From: Eledone cirrhosa
Lineage: Eukaryota
Direction of reading: 5' to 3'
Length of the DNA: 64,000 bases
NCBI GenBank assembly: GCA_964016885.1
Contig: OZ024745.1
Span: 77,438,001 to 77,502,000, forward strand
Under the pieces are notes generated by a model. The model made no database searches. It was given only the letters and a program-made list of their open reading frames with translations, and had not been told where the DNA came from. Below, piece after piece: positions 12,751-25,039 of the stretch; the stretch's first letter is position 1, and each line of letters opens with the position of its first letter. The position numbers and the translations under genes are program-made.

Positions 12751-14934
12751 AAGACATCCATTCATTGACAGTATGAGTACTAATTATAAAATTCACATGT
12801 AAGTGGAGCTTCAACATTAAACCAAAATTGTGTTATAAATACAATTTGTCTGGAACTTACTCTTACCCTAAATCACTCATAATAGTTAGACAGGATTAGG
12901 GCATGGAATACATAAACTGGATTTTTATAATGTTAGTCCTCTGAAAGTAAATGATAATAGAGACAGGAGAAGGAATCATCAAATATACTAATCTGCAAGA
13001 TTTCTGAGATAGCTTTTTATGAGTACTAGGATGTTGACATTTATGATGATGATGATGCTATGATGGCAGTTGCAGTGATGGATGCTGTTGTTATTGATTA
13101 AATGTAAAATTATTTCCTTAAATACCTGTAATGGTATTCATTTTATTGTGTATGAAATTTTCTTCTGAAAACAATATCTAATTTTAAGTCAGCTATTACA
13201 TGGAATGATTACCCAAACTGCTACTACTACTACCACTACCAACTCTACTACTATTACTACTACTACTACTATTACAATTGCTGCTGCTGTTGGTACTGCT
13301 TACTGCCACCGACACCACCACCACAATTACTATTACAATAATGATTTCTTTTTGGGCCACAATAATAATTAGTGTTTTGTGAAATAGAAATCAAAATCTA
13401 ATTTGATAGGTTTCTCCCATCACTTATTGGTTTCCAATCTGCTCATATATAATAGCTAATTAATTGAAGATGTCTGATCCCTAATTCCTTGCCTAAGCTT
13501 GATTTATCAAATTAATCCTTAATTTGAATAAGCTCAAGCTATTACTGATAAAATCTTTGAACATTGATACATCTTCCTGATTTAATATAGCTGTTCTCTA
13601 TAAACTCTGAAAGACATATAAACTAGAATAATTTTCTTGTTTCCATCTTTTTTAATCTAGTTTTTACTCTTTTTTTCTCTTTTACTCATTCGCTTTAGAA
13701 AATATTTTCTCTGAGGATTTCTGTTTATAAAACGAATAGCTATATATATATATATATAAAGAGAGAGAGAGAGAAAGTGTGTGTGTGATACAGACCCGGA
13801 TAAGATAGATATATACTAATTAGTTAACTTATATCTAGCTGCCTAGTGTCTGCTTTCCAACTAGTTTGTCTGAGGCCACATGAGTAAAGTATCTTTTTCA
13901 TAAATACAACCCTTTATACTGTATTGTTGTATCATTCACAAACTGCACACAATAAATTTATGTTTAGAATATCCCTGGATATGATTATTGTATGGCATAG
14001 CCATTATGTTGGGCCCCATATCACTCTCAGATATTCAATAGGCTAAGGATGTCTTGATAAACATGAAGTCTTGCATAGGCCAGCCAAGTTAACCCTATGC
14101 TTCAACAGGGGGGAAATAGCCTTAACACTTTTGCTGTTGCTCTTGCCATTTCCTTTCTTTTCCGGTTTAAAAAAAAAATGTTTTCTTATTTTACATTCCA
14201 TTCTTTTTTCTCAATCTAAATATAATTCTAATCTATTTATCTATTTGACCTATCTAGAACTATTGAACAGCAATAACAATACATATGTTATGAGTCTTGA
14301 ATCAAGTCACTGATAATTATCACGCGACATAACTAGCACTGCAAATGAATCTCTACATGATTGCTCAATATTTTAGAAATAGTAGCCAATTTTCCCTTGG
14401 CTTCCAAGCCAACAAAGGACTCCTTATGTGTTAGCTCCATCTGGCAGATATCAGTTCTTGGCTGTTACTTTATTTCATCCACCCTGGTAGGATTTGAACT
14501 CAAAATGTAAAGCTCGAACCAATGCTGCAAAGCATTTCCTCTGGCACTCTAATGGTTCTGCCTGTCCATCACTATTTTAAAATATATGATTTATCTAAAA
14601 TCTTCCATCATAAATTTTTGTATGACTGTTTGTTTAGTTATGTTCCAAACAACAGCTTAACAATCAGGAAGTTAGTTATATTAGTAAATCCTTTCAAATC
14701 CTTGATTATTTTCAAAATGATTTAAAAATAGTAGGCATCATCTTTTATTAAATATATGGTAATGAAAGGATTAAACACAGATTCAACCGAAACTGTTTGA
14801 GTTAAAAAATTCAAACCAGAGATGTAACTACATGACAGACTATTAGATTTCAGAGCTTAGATGAACTGAGGGAGAAGCTTAGTTTAAGAGGAATCCGAGG
14901 TGATGTTTATCTATCTATCTATCTATCTATCTAT

Positions 14935-15815
14935 GAGGACGAACTGGCCAGCCTGTTCGGTAGGACATTCAGCCCGGGACCTATGGACAACTTCCAGAAG
15001 TCCCTGGCCTGGCAGTGCTACCGAGGAGCTTTACCCGTTCGAGAAAGGCTCTACAGACACGGGCGCCCGGGTAGGGACCCCGCCAAAAAGATCTGTCCCA
15101 GATGCGTGTGCGACGAGGAAACCGTTGCACACGCTCGGGCGTAGCCGATCTGTGGGGCTATGTCGAACAACTGCTGTCAAGGGTGGGACCGATCCGGTTG
15201 ACCACCGAGTCTATTGTAATAATCAAGCCGCCTCCCCCCTTCAAAGATGAAGGAGAGGCGGTGTTTCTGTGCGTAATAGCCATGGCGAAAGAGGTTGTAT
15301 GGTGGACGCGTCTGAAAGGACTGAGGTCAGGCACCTTTCTCTCTGGCCAACAACTGGTCCGTTTCTTCCGATATCATTTCGGAAGAAGGATCAGGATGGA
15401 GAGAGAGGTGCTGCACCCCAGTCGTTTTTATGAAAGGTGGGTGAAAGCGGCGAGAATGGCCCGTGTGAATGGGCTTTCTTTTACATGAGCCTGTAGGTGG
15501 AAAAGAGGAAGGAACGAGGGAGCACCCCCTCTCTGTGCTCCTGAGGAAAAGGGTTGCACACTTTTTTCGGGGGTGTGTGCGACCCCCCAAGGCGCCTCCT
15601 CTCTATTGAGGATTTTGTTATAAATTTTATTTTTTGTTATATTTTATAACAAAATCCTCTATTGAGGATTTTGTTATAATTCTATTTTTTGTTATATTTT
15701 ATTTTATTTTTATATATTGTTATTGCCTCCTCCCTATTGAGGACGCCTTGTTTTGTAAACTCCCCCCATTGTACTTGTCCCACTTTTGATGCCCTTGTGG
15801 CAAATAAAAGAAACA
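14935..15815 (+). mobile_element. Tx1/L1-clade LINE 3' portion (zf-RVT region + 3' UTR) in (TATC)n
   Basis: QKSLAWQCYRGALPVRERL..(frameshift) CPRCVCDEETVAHA zinc finger; ORF ends at 15488; AATAAA near end; flanked on both sides by (TATC)n. Confidence 0.75.
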
Positions 15816-15899
15816 TATCTATCTATCTATATCTATATATATAACTTTGGGCCAGTATTGGCCCAGGAGATGTCTAACTTAATAGCACCAATTGGTGAA

Positions 15900-16315
15900 G
15901 TATTTCAAATCATGATTTGGACACTATGGCTTACTCAAGTAGAGAGTTATTGTTTTCAGAGACATATGCAGGTGTATGAGACTTATCTGCAATTTCTTGG
16001 AGGAATTTGTGCAAAGATATTTTGAATTTTATGGGATCTGTTTCTGTTTTTATGTGTTTTTGTGTAATACTAAAGAGAGCGGGACCAGTTGAGGTGAAAT
16101 AATTGTGCTGTAATGTTATGAGATGCGAGTTTGATTTTTGTTGTGGATGGATAGCACAGGGCTCAAGCCTAGTTTAAAGATGATGACAACATCATTTGGC
16201 CAATGCTGATAGAATATTTTCCACATCGTGCAGATAATATAGTGCTCAGCAGCATTGAAATAAATTAGAATTTGAGCTTTTTTAGTCGACCCCAATAGTC
16301 AAGGTCTGTCAGGCC
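15900..16315 (-). pseudogene. CR1/L2-like LINE C-terminal fragment
   Basis: LDYWGRLKKLK..YII..MWKI ... NYFTSTGPALF ... FK..L.KFL..I.DK..TPAY..NNSL pattern with stops and frameshifts. Confidence 0.65.
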
Positions 16316-16539
16316 TTATATATATATATTTCGTTTCTGAATTTGTTTAGCAAGATTCTTTATCTGAAAACGTGTGTTGAAACCGATATTGTTATACTTT
16401 GGGAGGGTCATGTTGCCAATAAGAAACACACGCACCAGTTGCTTTCACTTCAATTTATTATAATAAATTTATAAATTTAGGAATTTATAAATTTCCGGTT
16501 GGTTGGTTGGTTCCACAACCAGATGGTTGTTTATATCTT

Positions 16540-16582
16540 GTCAAAGTTCTTTCGTCACACATTCTGTGACCTCTTCAGTGAC
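16540..16582 (-). ncRNA. Minimal type I hammerhead ribozyme (PLE-A pLTR)
   Basis: GUCA-CUGAAGA-G-GUCACA gaaug UGUGAC-GAAA-G aa C-UU-UGAC. Confidence 0.7.
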
Positions 16583-16784
16583 TGGGGGTTCTTTTCTTTG
16601 TTTTTTGTGCCTCTCCTTTGTTCTGTCCTATGCCATCTTGTTTTTGTGTGTGTGTTGTGTGCTTAGTTTGCGCATGTGTTACATCCAGGTGTCTGTGTGT
16701 GTTTATATTTGTTTATTTATTTGTTTATTTACATGTTACTGGTTGGTTGTTTGTTCTATGTGCATGTGTGTTTTCATTTTATCC

Positions 16785-17690
16785 TTAATTGTAAGTTGTG
16801 ATGTTGCTGTTCCACTCATGTTTTCTATTTAATTTTGGTTGTAATTCATTTATGTTTATTGCCTCTGTGATTTGTCTAAACATTGCGTCTTTTCTGTGTG
16901 TAGATTCTATTTTTATTTCTATGTTCTCTAATTTACCCTTATATTCTATTTTAGCATGTTGGTAGAGTACAGATGATTCTTTACTATCTTGAATGTCTCG
17001 CCAGTGTTCATTTATCCGTTCCCCTATACTACGAGCTGTCTCACCTATGTACACTATATTTTTATCTCTACATTGTCCTTCAGTACATCTTATGCTATAT
17101 ACTACATTTCTAGTTTTACAGTTAATATGGGGGCTTAATTTACAGATTATACATTTCTTATCTATACAGGGAGGTCTTTGAAAAGGGTATGTCTTGCTAA
17201 TAAGTGTTTTTATGGAGGTACCTGGTCTTTCTACTATCTTAATATTGAGTTTATGTTTATCTAGGGCCCTTCTAAATTTGTAAGCTAATTCACCTCTAGG
17301 GGTTGTATCGATGAACATTACACTCTGGTATTTATTGCTATCATACCATGAGTTTATTCTATTAGCCTTATTCCTAGTTCTTTCTATTCTATTCCAGAAT
17401 TTGCTCCTATACAAGGGGCAGGTCCCATTTGTGTCATTATTTACCATTTTTTCCCATTTGGTTCTGGCTCCTCTATACACTCTGATTTTATCTCTCTGAT
17501 TGTAACCAGAGAACTGCATACGGTGGATGAAGTGTTGTATGTGTCTCTCTAGTTCTTTGGGGTTGCACATGCGGGACACGTTTCTCATCACCCGTACCAA
17601 ATCCGCAATCAATATGTTGATTTTGGTATGGTCCGAAACAGCTGAGTTTCGGTGGATCAGATATTTGGAAGTCATGGGTTTGGCATAATG
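16785..17690 (-). pseudogene. PLE RT-thumb/linker + GIY-YIG endonuclease (truncated ORF)
   Basis: Almost identical to 28537-29427; the N-terminus of the listed 324-aa ORF is read from the inverted UTR and is spurious. Confidence 0.85.
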
Positions 17691-17852
17691 GAAATATCTG
17701 ATCCACCGAAACAAATAAATAAACGAATATAAACACACACAGACACCCAGATATAACACATGCGCAAACTAAGAACACAACACCCACACAAAACCAAGAT
17801 GGTGTAGGACAGGACAAAGGAGAGGCATAAAATACAAAGAAAAGAACCCCCA

Positions 17853-17895
17853 GTCACTGAAGAGGTCACAGAATGTGTGACGAAAGAACTTTGAC
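17853..17895 (+). ncRNA. Minimal type I hammerhead ribozyme (PLE-A inverted arm)
   Basis: Same motif as 16540-16582 on the opposite strand. Confidence 0.7.
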
Positions 17896-18262
17896 AATAT
17901 ATAAACAACCATCTGGTTGTGGAACCAACCAACCAACCGGAAATTTATAAATTCCTAAATTTATAAATTTATTATAATAAATTGAAGTGAAAGCAACTGG
18001 TGCATGTGTTTCTTATTGGCAACATGACCCTCCCAAAGTATAACAATATATATATATATATATATGTACACGTACATACATATATGCATACAGACGTACA
18101 GTAGTATGTATATATATATACATACATGCACACATATATATGTACGTATGGATTCACCGAACATTTATTATAATGCTCGGTGTGTTTGTAAACAAACATC
18201 CCGTATTAAGCCGTAGTGTCTAGCAACCATCGCTGCTTGTTTGTTCAACACTGACAAAGGGA

Positions 18263-18303
18263 CGCTGTACTAGTTTCAAGCTTATTAGTTATCGTCAGCA
18301 ACG
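18263..18303 (-). ncRNA. Minimal type I hammerhead ribozyme, unit 1
   Basis: CGUUG-CUGACGA-U AACU aaua AGCU U-GAAA-CUAG-UA-CAGCG (one stem II mismatch). Confidence 0.7.
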
Positions 18304-18680
18304 TATACCTTCCTGCCAGATTGTTGAACGTATATACTTACTTTATGCATATTAACGGCTGAGTAGCCCAATTTGCATATCGAGTGGGTTAATCGGCCGG
18401 GTGCACCGAAAACGATAAACGGAAAAAATGAAACAAAATTTCATTTCCCACTCTTAGTACGGCTGTTGCTTAAACATAAGTATGTACACGTACATACATA
18501 TATGTATACAGACGTACAGTAGTATGTATATATATACATACATGCACACATATATATATGTACGTATGGATTCACCGAACATTTATTATAATGCTCGGTG
18601 TGTTTGTAAACAAACATCCCGTATTAAGCTGTAATGTCCAGCAACCATCGTTGCTCGTTTGTTCAACATTGACAAAGGAA

Positions 18681-18721
18681 CGCTGTACTAGTTTCAAGCT
18701 TATTAGCTATCGTCAGCAACG
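18681..18721 (-). ncRNA. Minimal type I hammerhead ribozyme, unit 2
   Basis: CGUUG-CUGACGA-U AGCU aaua AGCU U-GAAA-CUAG-UA-CAGCG; palindromic stem III ACUAGU; stem I CGUUG/CAGCG. Confidence 0.8.
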
Positions 18722-19064
18722 TATACCTTCCTGCCAGATTGTTGAATGTATATACTTACCTTATGCATATTAACGGCTGAGTACCCAATTTGCATATCGA
18801 GTGGGTTAATCGGCCGGGTGCACCGAAAACGATAAACGGAAAAAATGAAAAAATATATGTATGTATGTATGTATATACATGTGTATAGGCCTTTCCTCAC
18901 TTAAAAAATCTTCAAGTATAGGCATCGCTTGATATGTGACATTTTTTTGTGATGCATGGTATAGCTGGCCATAAGCAAGTCCCTAGCAGGACTAAAAGGC
19001 CATGCCTGTGATACTCATTCATAAGTATCAAGCGATGGCATTATTCGTGATCAAGTTGCAGCCA

Positions 19065-19442
19065 TCATTATCATCATCATCATTTTAGGTGCGCTTTTCC
19101 CTGCTTGCAAGAGTGGGACGGGAACTGATTCTGGCTTGATTTCTACAGCTGGATGCCCTTCCTAACACCAACCTCATTTACAGTGAGTGCTGGGTGCTTT
19201 TTTTCTGTGGCGCCTACACATCCACTTTACAGTGTGGGCTGGGTGCTTTTTTTCCGTGGCACCTCTACGACCACTTTGCAGTGGAATGATATGGACCCCA
19301 GTCCTATCATCTCATTTCTACAGCTGAGTAAACTGGAGCAATGTGAAATAAAGTGCCTTGCTCAAGGAAACAACACATCACTCGGTCTGAGAATTGAACT
19401 CACAACCTTTCAATGCTCTAACCACTAAGCCATGTGCATCCA
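19065..19442 (-). mobile_element. SINE family 2, full length
   Basis: tRNA-like head, CCTTGAGCAAG..CACTT core, RTE-like tail with (ATG)n. Confidence 0.9.
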
Positions 19443-19459
19443 TATATATATATATAGAT

Positions 19460-19835
19460 ATATTTCTTTATTAGCCACAGGGGCACAAAAGAAGGGGACA
19501 AATACAAAGGGGGAAGTTTACATGCAATAAAAACGTGTAAAATGTTATCACAGATGGAATTTAAAAAGTTAGTCGATTTTCCCCAATAGAGGGAGACAGT
19601 TTATATGGGTAACACATACCCCCGAAAAAAAATGTGCAACCCTCATCTCCAGGAGTATGAAGAGTTTGTACTCCCTTCCTCTCCTCCTCCTTTTCCTCAA
19701 CCTACAGGCTGATATAGAGAGAAGGCCCATTCACTCGGGCCATTCTCGCCACTTTCACCCACCTTTCATAAAACTTGCTGGGGTACAGCACCTCTCTCTC
19801 CATCCTGATTCTTCTTCCAAAGTGGTATTTGAAAA
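19460..19835 (-). mobile_element. Tx1-like LINE 3' fragment (family of 14935)
   Basis: YHFGRRIRMEREVLYPSKFYERWVKVARMARVNG; flanks contain TAGA/TA repeats. Confidence 0.8.
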
Positions 19836-19879
19836 AAAGAATATATATATATAGATATGTATATATAGATAGATAAATA

Positions 19880-20104
19880 TACACGGGTGTGTATGATTGT
19901 GTATAGAAGATTATATTAATAAGAGGAATTCCAACTTTGTTTGATTTACTCGTTTTATTTACAATCCTTTAAAATTTATAATGGTATTATAATGAAATAG
20001 TATAATAGAATATTAAATTCTATTTCATTATAATACCATTATAAATTTTAAAGGATTGTAAATAAAACGAGTAAATCAGACAAAGTTGGAATTCCTCTTA
20101 TTAA

Positions 20105-20107
<3 letters not shown>
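19880..20107. repeat. Fold-back hairpin (about 88-bp arms) with left tail
   Basis: TTAATAAGAGGAATTCCAACTTTG.. / ..CAAAGTTGGAATTCCTCTTATTAA near-perfect inverted arms; AATAAA in the outward-reading direction. Confidence 0.85.
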
Positions 20108-21240
<1,133 letters not shown>

Positions 21241-21242
21241 AT

Positions 21243-21545
21243 TAGGTAATTCCAAAGGAAAAGCAAAGGAAAAAAGAGTGCTCTATGTATAAAACAGAAC
21301 TATTTAATAGGAAAGTGAACAACACAAAATATAACTACTCCATTACCAAAGGTTTCTGGATCACAGACGATAATAATATACGTCTGGATCGTTCATCAGA
21401 CAGAGATGTTATCTGGATCGTTCGTCGGACAGAGTTGTTATCTCTGTCTGACGAACTATTCAGATGTATATTATTATCGTCTGTGATCCAGAAACCTTTG
21501 GTAATGGAGGAGTTATATTTTGTGTTGCTCACTTTCTAATTAAAT
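21243..21545. mobile_element. Fold-back PLE-like mini-element with a hammerhead in each arm
   Basis: Arms about 21303-21408 and 21440-21545; hammerhead UCUGU-CUGA(U/C)GA-stem II-GAAA-CC uuu GG-UA-AUGGA at 21339-21404(-) and 21443-21508(+); left tail 21243-21302. Confidence 0.8.
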
Positions 21546-21587
21546 ATATATATATGCATTTATATATATATATATATTTATATATAT

Positions 21588-21900
21588 GGATGCACATGGC
21601 TTAGTGGTTAGAGCATTGACTTTGCAATCGAAAGGTTGTGAGTTCAATCCTCAGACCGGGTGATGTGTTGTTTCCTTGAGCAAGACACTTTATTTCACAT
21701 TGCTCCAGTTTACTCAGTTGTAGTCCCTATCATTCCACTGCAAAGTGGTTGTGGAGGTGCCACAGCTAAAAAGCACCCAGCACTCACTGTAAATGAGGTT
21801 GGTGTTAGGAAGGGCATCCAGCTGTAGAAATCAAGCCAGAATCGGTTCCGGTCCCACCCTTGCAAGCAGGGAAAAGCGGACGTAAAATGATGTTGATGAT
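21588..21900 (+). mobile_element. SINE family 2
   Basis: A box TGGCTTAGTGG, B box GAGTTCAATCC; 3' end identical to the RTE end at 26375-26420. Confidence 0.9.
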
Positions 21901-21905
21901 ATATA

Positions 21906-21954
<49 letters not shown>

Positions 21955-21980
21955 ACATTTATTTATATATATATTTATAT

Positions 21981-24288
21981 AGTAATAATAATAAATTTGA
22001 AGACTAAAATCCAAAGAGGGCTCGATAAGGATAAATATATATCAAATATATATGAACCGTAGAGCAAATATTTATTAAAATAACCGATTAAAGTTTAAGC
22101 AAAGAATCGCTGCTTTCACCCTTAACGGGATCTTCTGAAACTAACAAAGTCAATCTGTGAACGGCGAAGTGAATATTTAAAAAAACGTTGCAACCGGGGG
22201 AAGACAGGAAGATGATACTTTGGTTCGTGGAAACGTTCCCTGGCAAAGAACAGGAAAAAACGAATATAATACGTCATTATTTGGAGCAGTGAAAAACTAT
22301 TACATGCAAAGACAAAACCACGTTTATGGTATAAAAGAAGTCGTAGACTAATATTCTATTAGGTGGTTCATAGAGACGTTCTCAGGCAATGAACGGAAAA
22401 ACCGAAGATAATACGCCATATGTGGAGCGGGGAGAACAATTGCACGCAAAGACAAAACCATGTAAATGGTATAACTGAAGTCGTAGACTAAAATTCTAAC
22501 TAGCAAACCGAATCATTCTCGGCTTCAGAGTTAAGAATAAAGTAAATAAAATACAGAGGTAATTGAGATAAATACATACACGCATCCATATACGTACATA
22601 CACAAGCATACGCGAAAACACTCGCCATAGGTATACAAATACACGCACGTACACAAAAAAAACAAAACAAAAAAAACAAACCACATGCACATACAGAACC
22701 CACGCAACGCCTGTACCCACACGCATATGAATGTATACACCAAATACACATAAAAATATATATAAAAATATATATATTAATATATATATATATGTGTGCG
22801 TGTATACATATAATTAAATAAACGTATATAAATAAATAAATACGTATATAACAAGCGCACACACATACCTACATGTAAATACACATATGTTCAGAGACGT
22901 ACGTCAACCAAAACACAAAGTACACATATACACACACCCTACATACGTACGAACCCGCATACTCACACAGACACAAACATACGTATACACATAACCAAAA
23001 GCATATGTACCAGAATATATAATATATACGCCTATACCATATACAATCAAATATACGTACGAGAAAATATACGTACCTTCACAAAACCTACAGGTAATAT
23101 ATACTTACCTATACAAATAAGTAATGGTATAAACATAACATATACTTAGCTACCACATCAAGACGTAAAATATCCGCGTATAGTTCGTACTATCCGTTAG
23201 GGTATAATGTGGGACTGTAATACAGGAAAGTTTTGTGCAATTTATTTTTACAAGCCGAAATTGCCTCAGATTTTTTGTTTAAGATGTGGTCTTTGGCGTA
23301 GAGTATTTCCAGAGCCTCAGCGGCGCAGAGGTCAAATGGTCTTTTATTTCCGTTATACGATCTAGCTCTAGCTAGGATCTCCCAGTGTAACTTATATTGG
23401 GTATGGTTGTCTTTTAGACTCCAGATATAAGCTGAAAGTGACGTCATATTCCTTCTTAAAGGGTAACGAAAAGAATGGGTATGCATGTAAAGACGCTGCT
23501 TGAATCTATTGGCGGTTAACCCTATGTAGGCCCTATGTGACGTGGGTGATTCAACCATACATTTGTAGACAATGTTACTAGAGAGGCATTTCCCGGATAG
23601 GGGCAGTCAACCCGATTCCTACAATTACAGTTAGTACTAACTACAGGGTTGCACGTGTTCCTACGGCTAGGTAGTTTAGCTAAATTTGAAGCTGTGATGT
23701 TATGTGCAAGGTTAGGAGTCGTAGAGTAAGAAATTTTATTTCTATTAAAAATTTTACTATATTTATGTGTAGGGGGAAAATGCTTCATAATAAGGAAGAG
23801 AAAGATCTTAGCTAATGGTGTGGCCATCTCCATATTATATGGTGGGTTATATCATGTAATGCGTCAGGATCTATTTCTTCTAGGTCTATTCTCATACTCT
23901 GTATATGCTACCTTATCGACAAATCCACTCCGAGCAAGAGCTTCATTGTAATATGTGGAATGGTCGATGAAAATATGCTCGTTAGTAGATAGACGGGAAA
24001 GCCTCAAAGAAACGTTTCTTACCAGGTTCTTGGTTATGCTGGCTGGATGGTTGGAATGCTTATTTATGTAATTAAGCATATCATTCGGTTTTCTATACGG
24101 GTAATGAAAGCCATTCGTTAAATGAGGGTAACGTCGAGGTAATTAACGACAGAGAGGTTGGCCTCAACCTGTATGGCTGTGTGTTCTTTTCTGAACCTGT
24201 CGCCAGCACGTGGGCCGCACTTAGTCATGGTCAAAAGACCATCATCACGGTACAAACCACAAACTTTAATCTGTTATTTTAATAAATT
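21981..24288 (-). mobile_element. Penelope-like element family B (possibly Naiad-like), 5'-truncated and decayed
   Basis: LYRDDGL, NYLDVTL, YINKHSNHP, CNCR..CP, YIGLTANRFKQR..H..SF, W.IL, LC..E, LNKKSE motifs across broken ORFs 23190-24260; long 3' UTR; 26-bp inverted copy of the 3' end at 24261-24286. Confidence 0.85.
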
Positions 24289-24312
24289 ATATATTTATAT
24301 ATATATTTATAT

Positions 24313-24652
24313 ATCATCATCATCATTTCATTTCATTTTACGTCCGCTTTTCTCTGCTTGCAAGGGTGGGACGGGAACTGATGCTGGCTTCATTTCTACA
24401 GCTGGATGCCCTTCCTAACATCAACCTCATTTACAGTGAGTGCTGGGTGTTTTTTTGCCGTGGCATCTCCACGACCACTTTACAGTGGAATGATAGGCAC
24501 TGGGGTCCCTATCATCTCATTTCTACAGCTGAGTAAACTGGAGCAATGTGAAATAAAGTGACTTGCTCAAGGAAACAACACATCACCCAGTCTGAACTCA
24601 CAACCTTTCGATTGCAAGGCCAATGCTCTAACCACTAAGCCATGTGCCTCCA
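24313..24652 (-). mobile_element. SINE family 2
   Basis: Reverse complement of the 21588 family. Confidence 0.9.
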
Positions 24653-24773
24653 TTATATATATGTATTTATATATATATGTATTTATATATATATATATAT
24701 ATATGTATTTATATATATATATGTATTTATATATATATGTATTTATATATATATATTTATATATAAATGTATT

Positions 24774-24804
<31 letters not shown>

Positions 24805-24823
24805 GTATTTATATATATATATA

Positions 24824-24898
<75 letters not shown>

Positions 24899-24970
24899 GT
24901 AATAATAATAAATTAGAAGACTAAAATCCAAAGCAACGATTCTTTGCTTAAACTTTAATCTGTTATTTTA

Positions 24971-24976
<6 letters not shown>
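24899..24976. mobile_element. Miniature footprint of PLE family B (tail + inverted 3' end only)
   Basis: First half matches 21981-22016; second half is the reverse complement of about 22069-22113. Confidence 0.75.

Positions 24977-25036
<60 letters not shown>

Positions 25037-25039
<3 letters not shown>

Larger units (their letters stand above)
16329..18047 (-). mobile_element. Penelope-like element family A, 5'-truncated, with inverted 3'-end copy at its 5' side
   Basis: GIY-YIG ORF (VYSIRC..YIGETARS..ER..EH) on minus; 17713-18047 is an inverted copy of the 3' UTR; flanked by (TA)n. Confidence 0.9.
18066..18850 (-). repeat. 418-bp tandem repeat (1.9 copies) with one hammerhead per unit; retrozyme/pLTR-like
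   Basis: Units start at 18066 and 18484; non-coding; flanked by TA tracts. Confidence 0.85.

Noticed and set aside
21588-21660. tRNA genes at SINE heads
   Set aside because: A/B boxes are present but run directly into SINE bodies in many dispersed copies; no complete cloverleaf
23840-23870. In-frame TGA codons in the PLE-B ORF as possible selenocysteine
   Set aside because: They fall at expected Arg (CGA>TGA) and Trp (TGG>TGA, IT-W-YNPPY) positions in a copy that also has frameshifts; simple decay explains them
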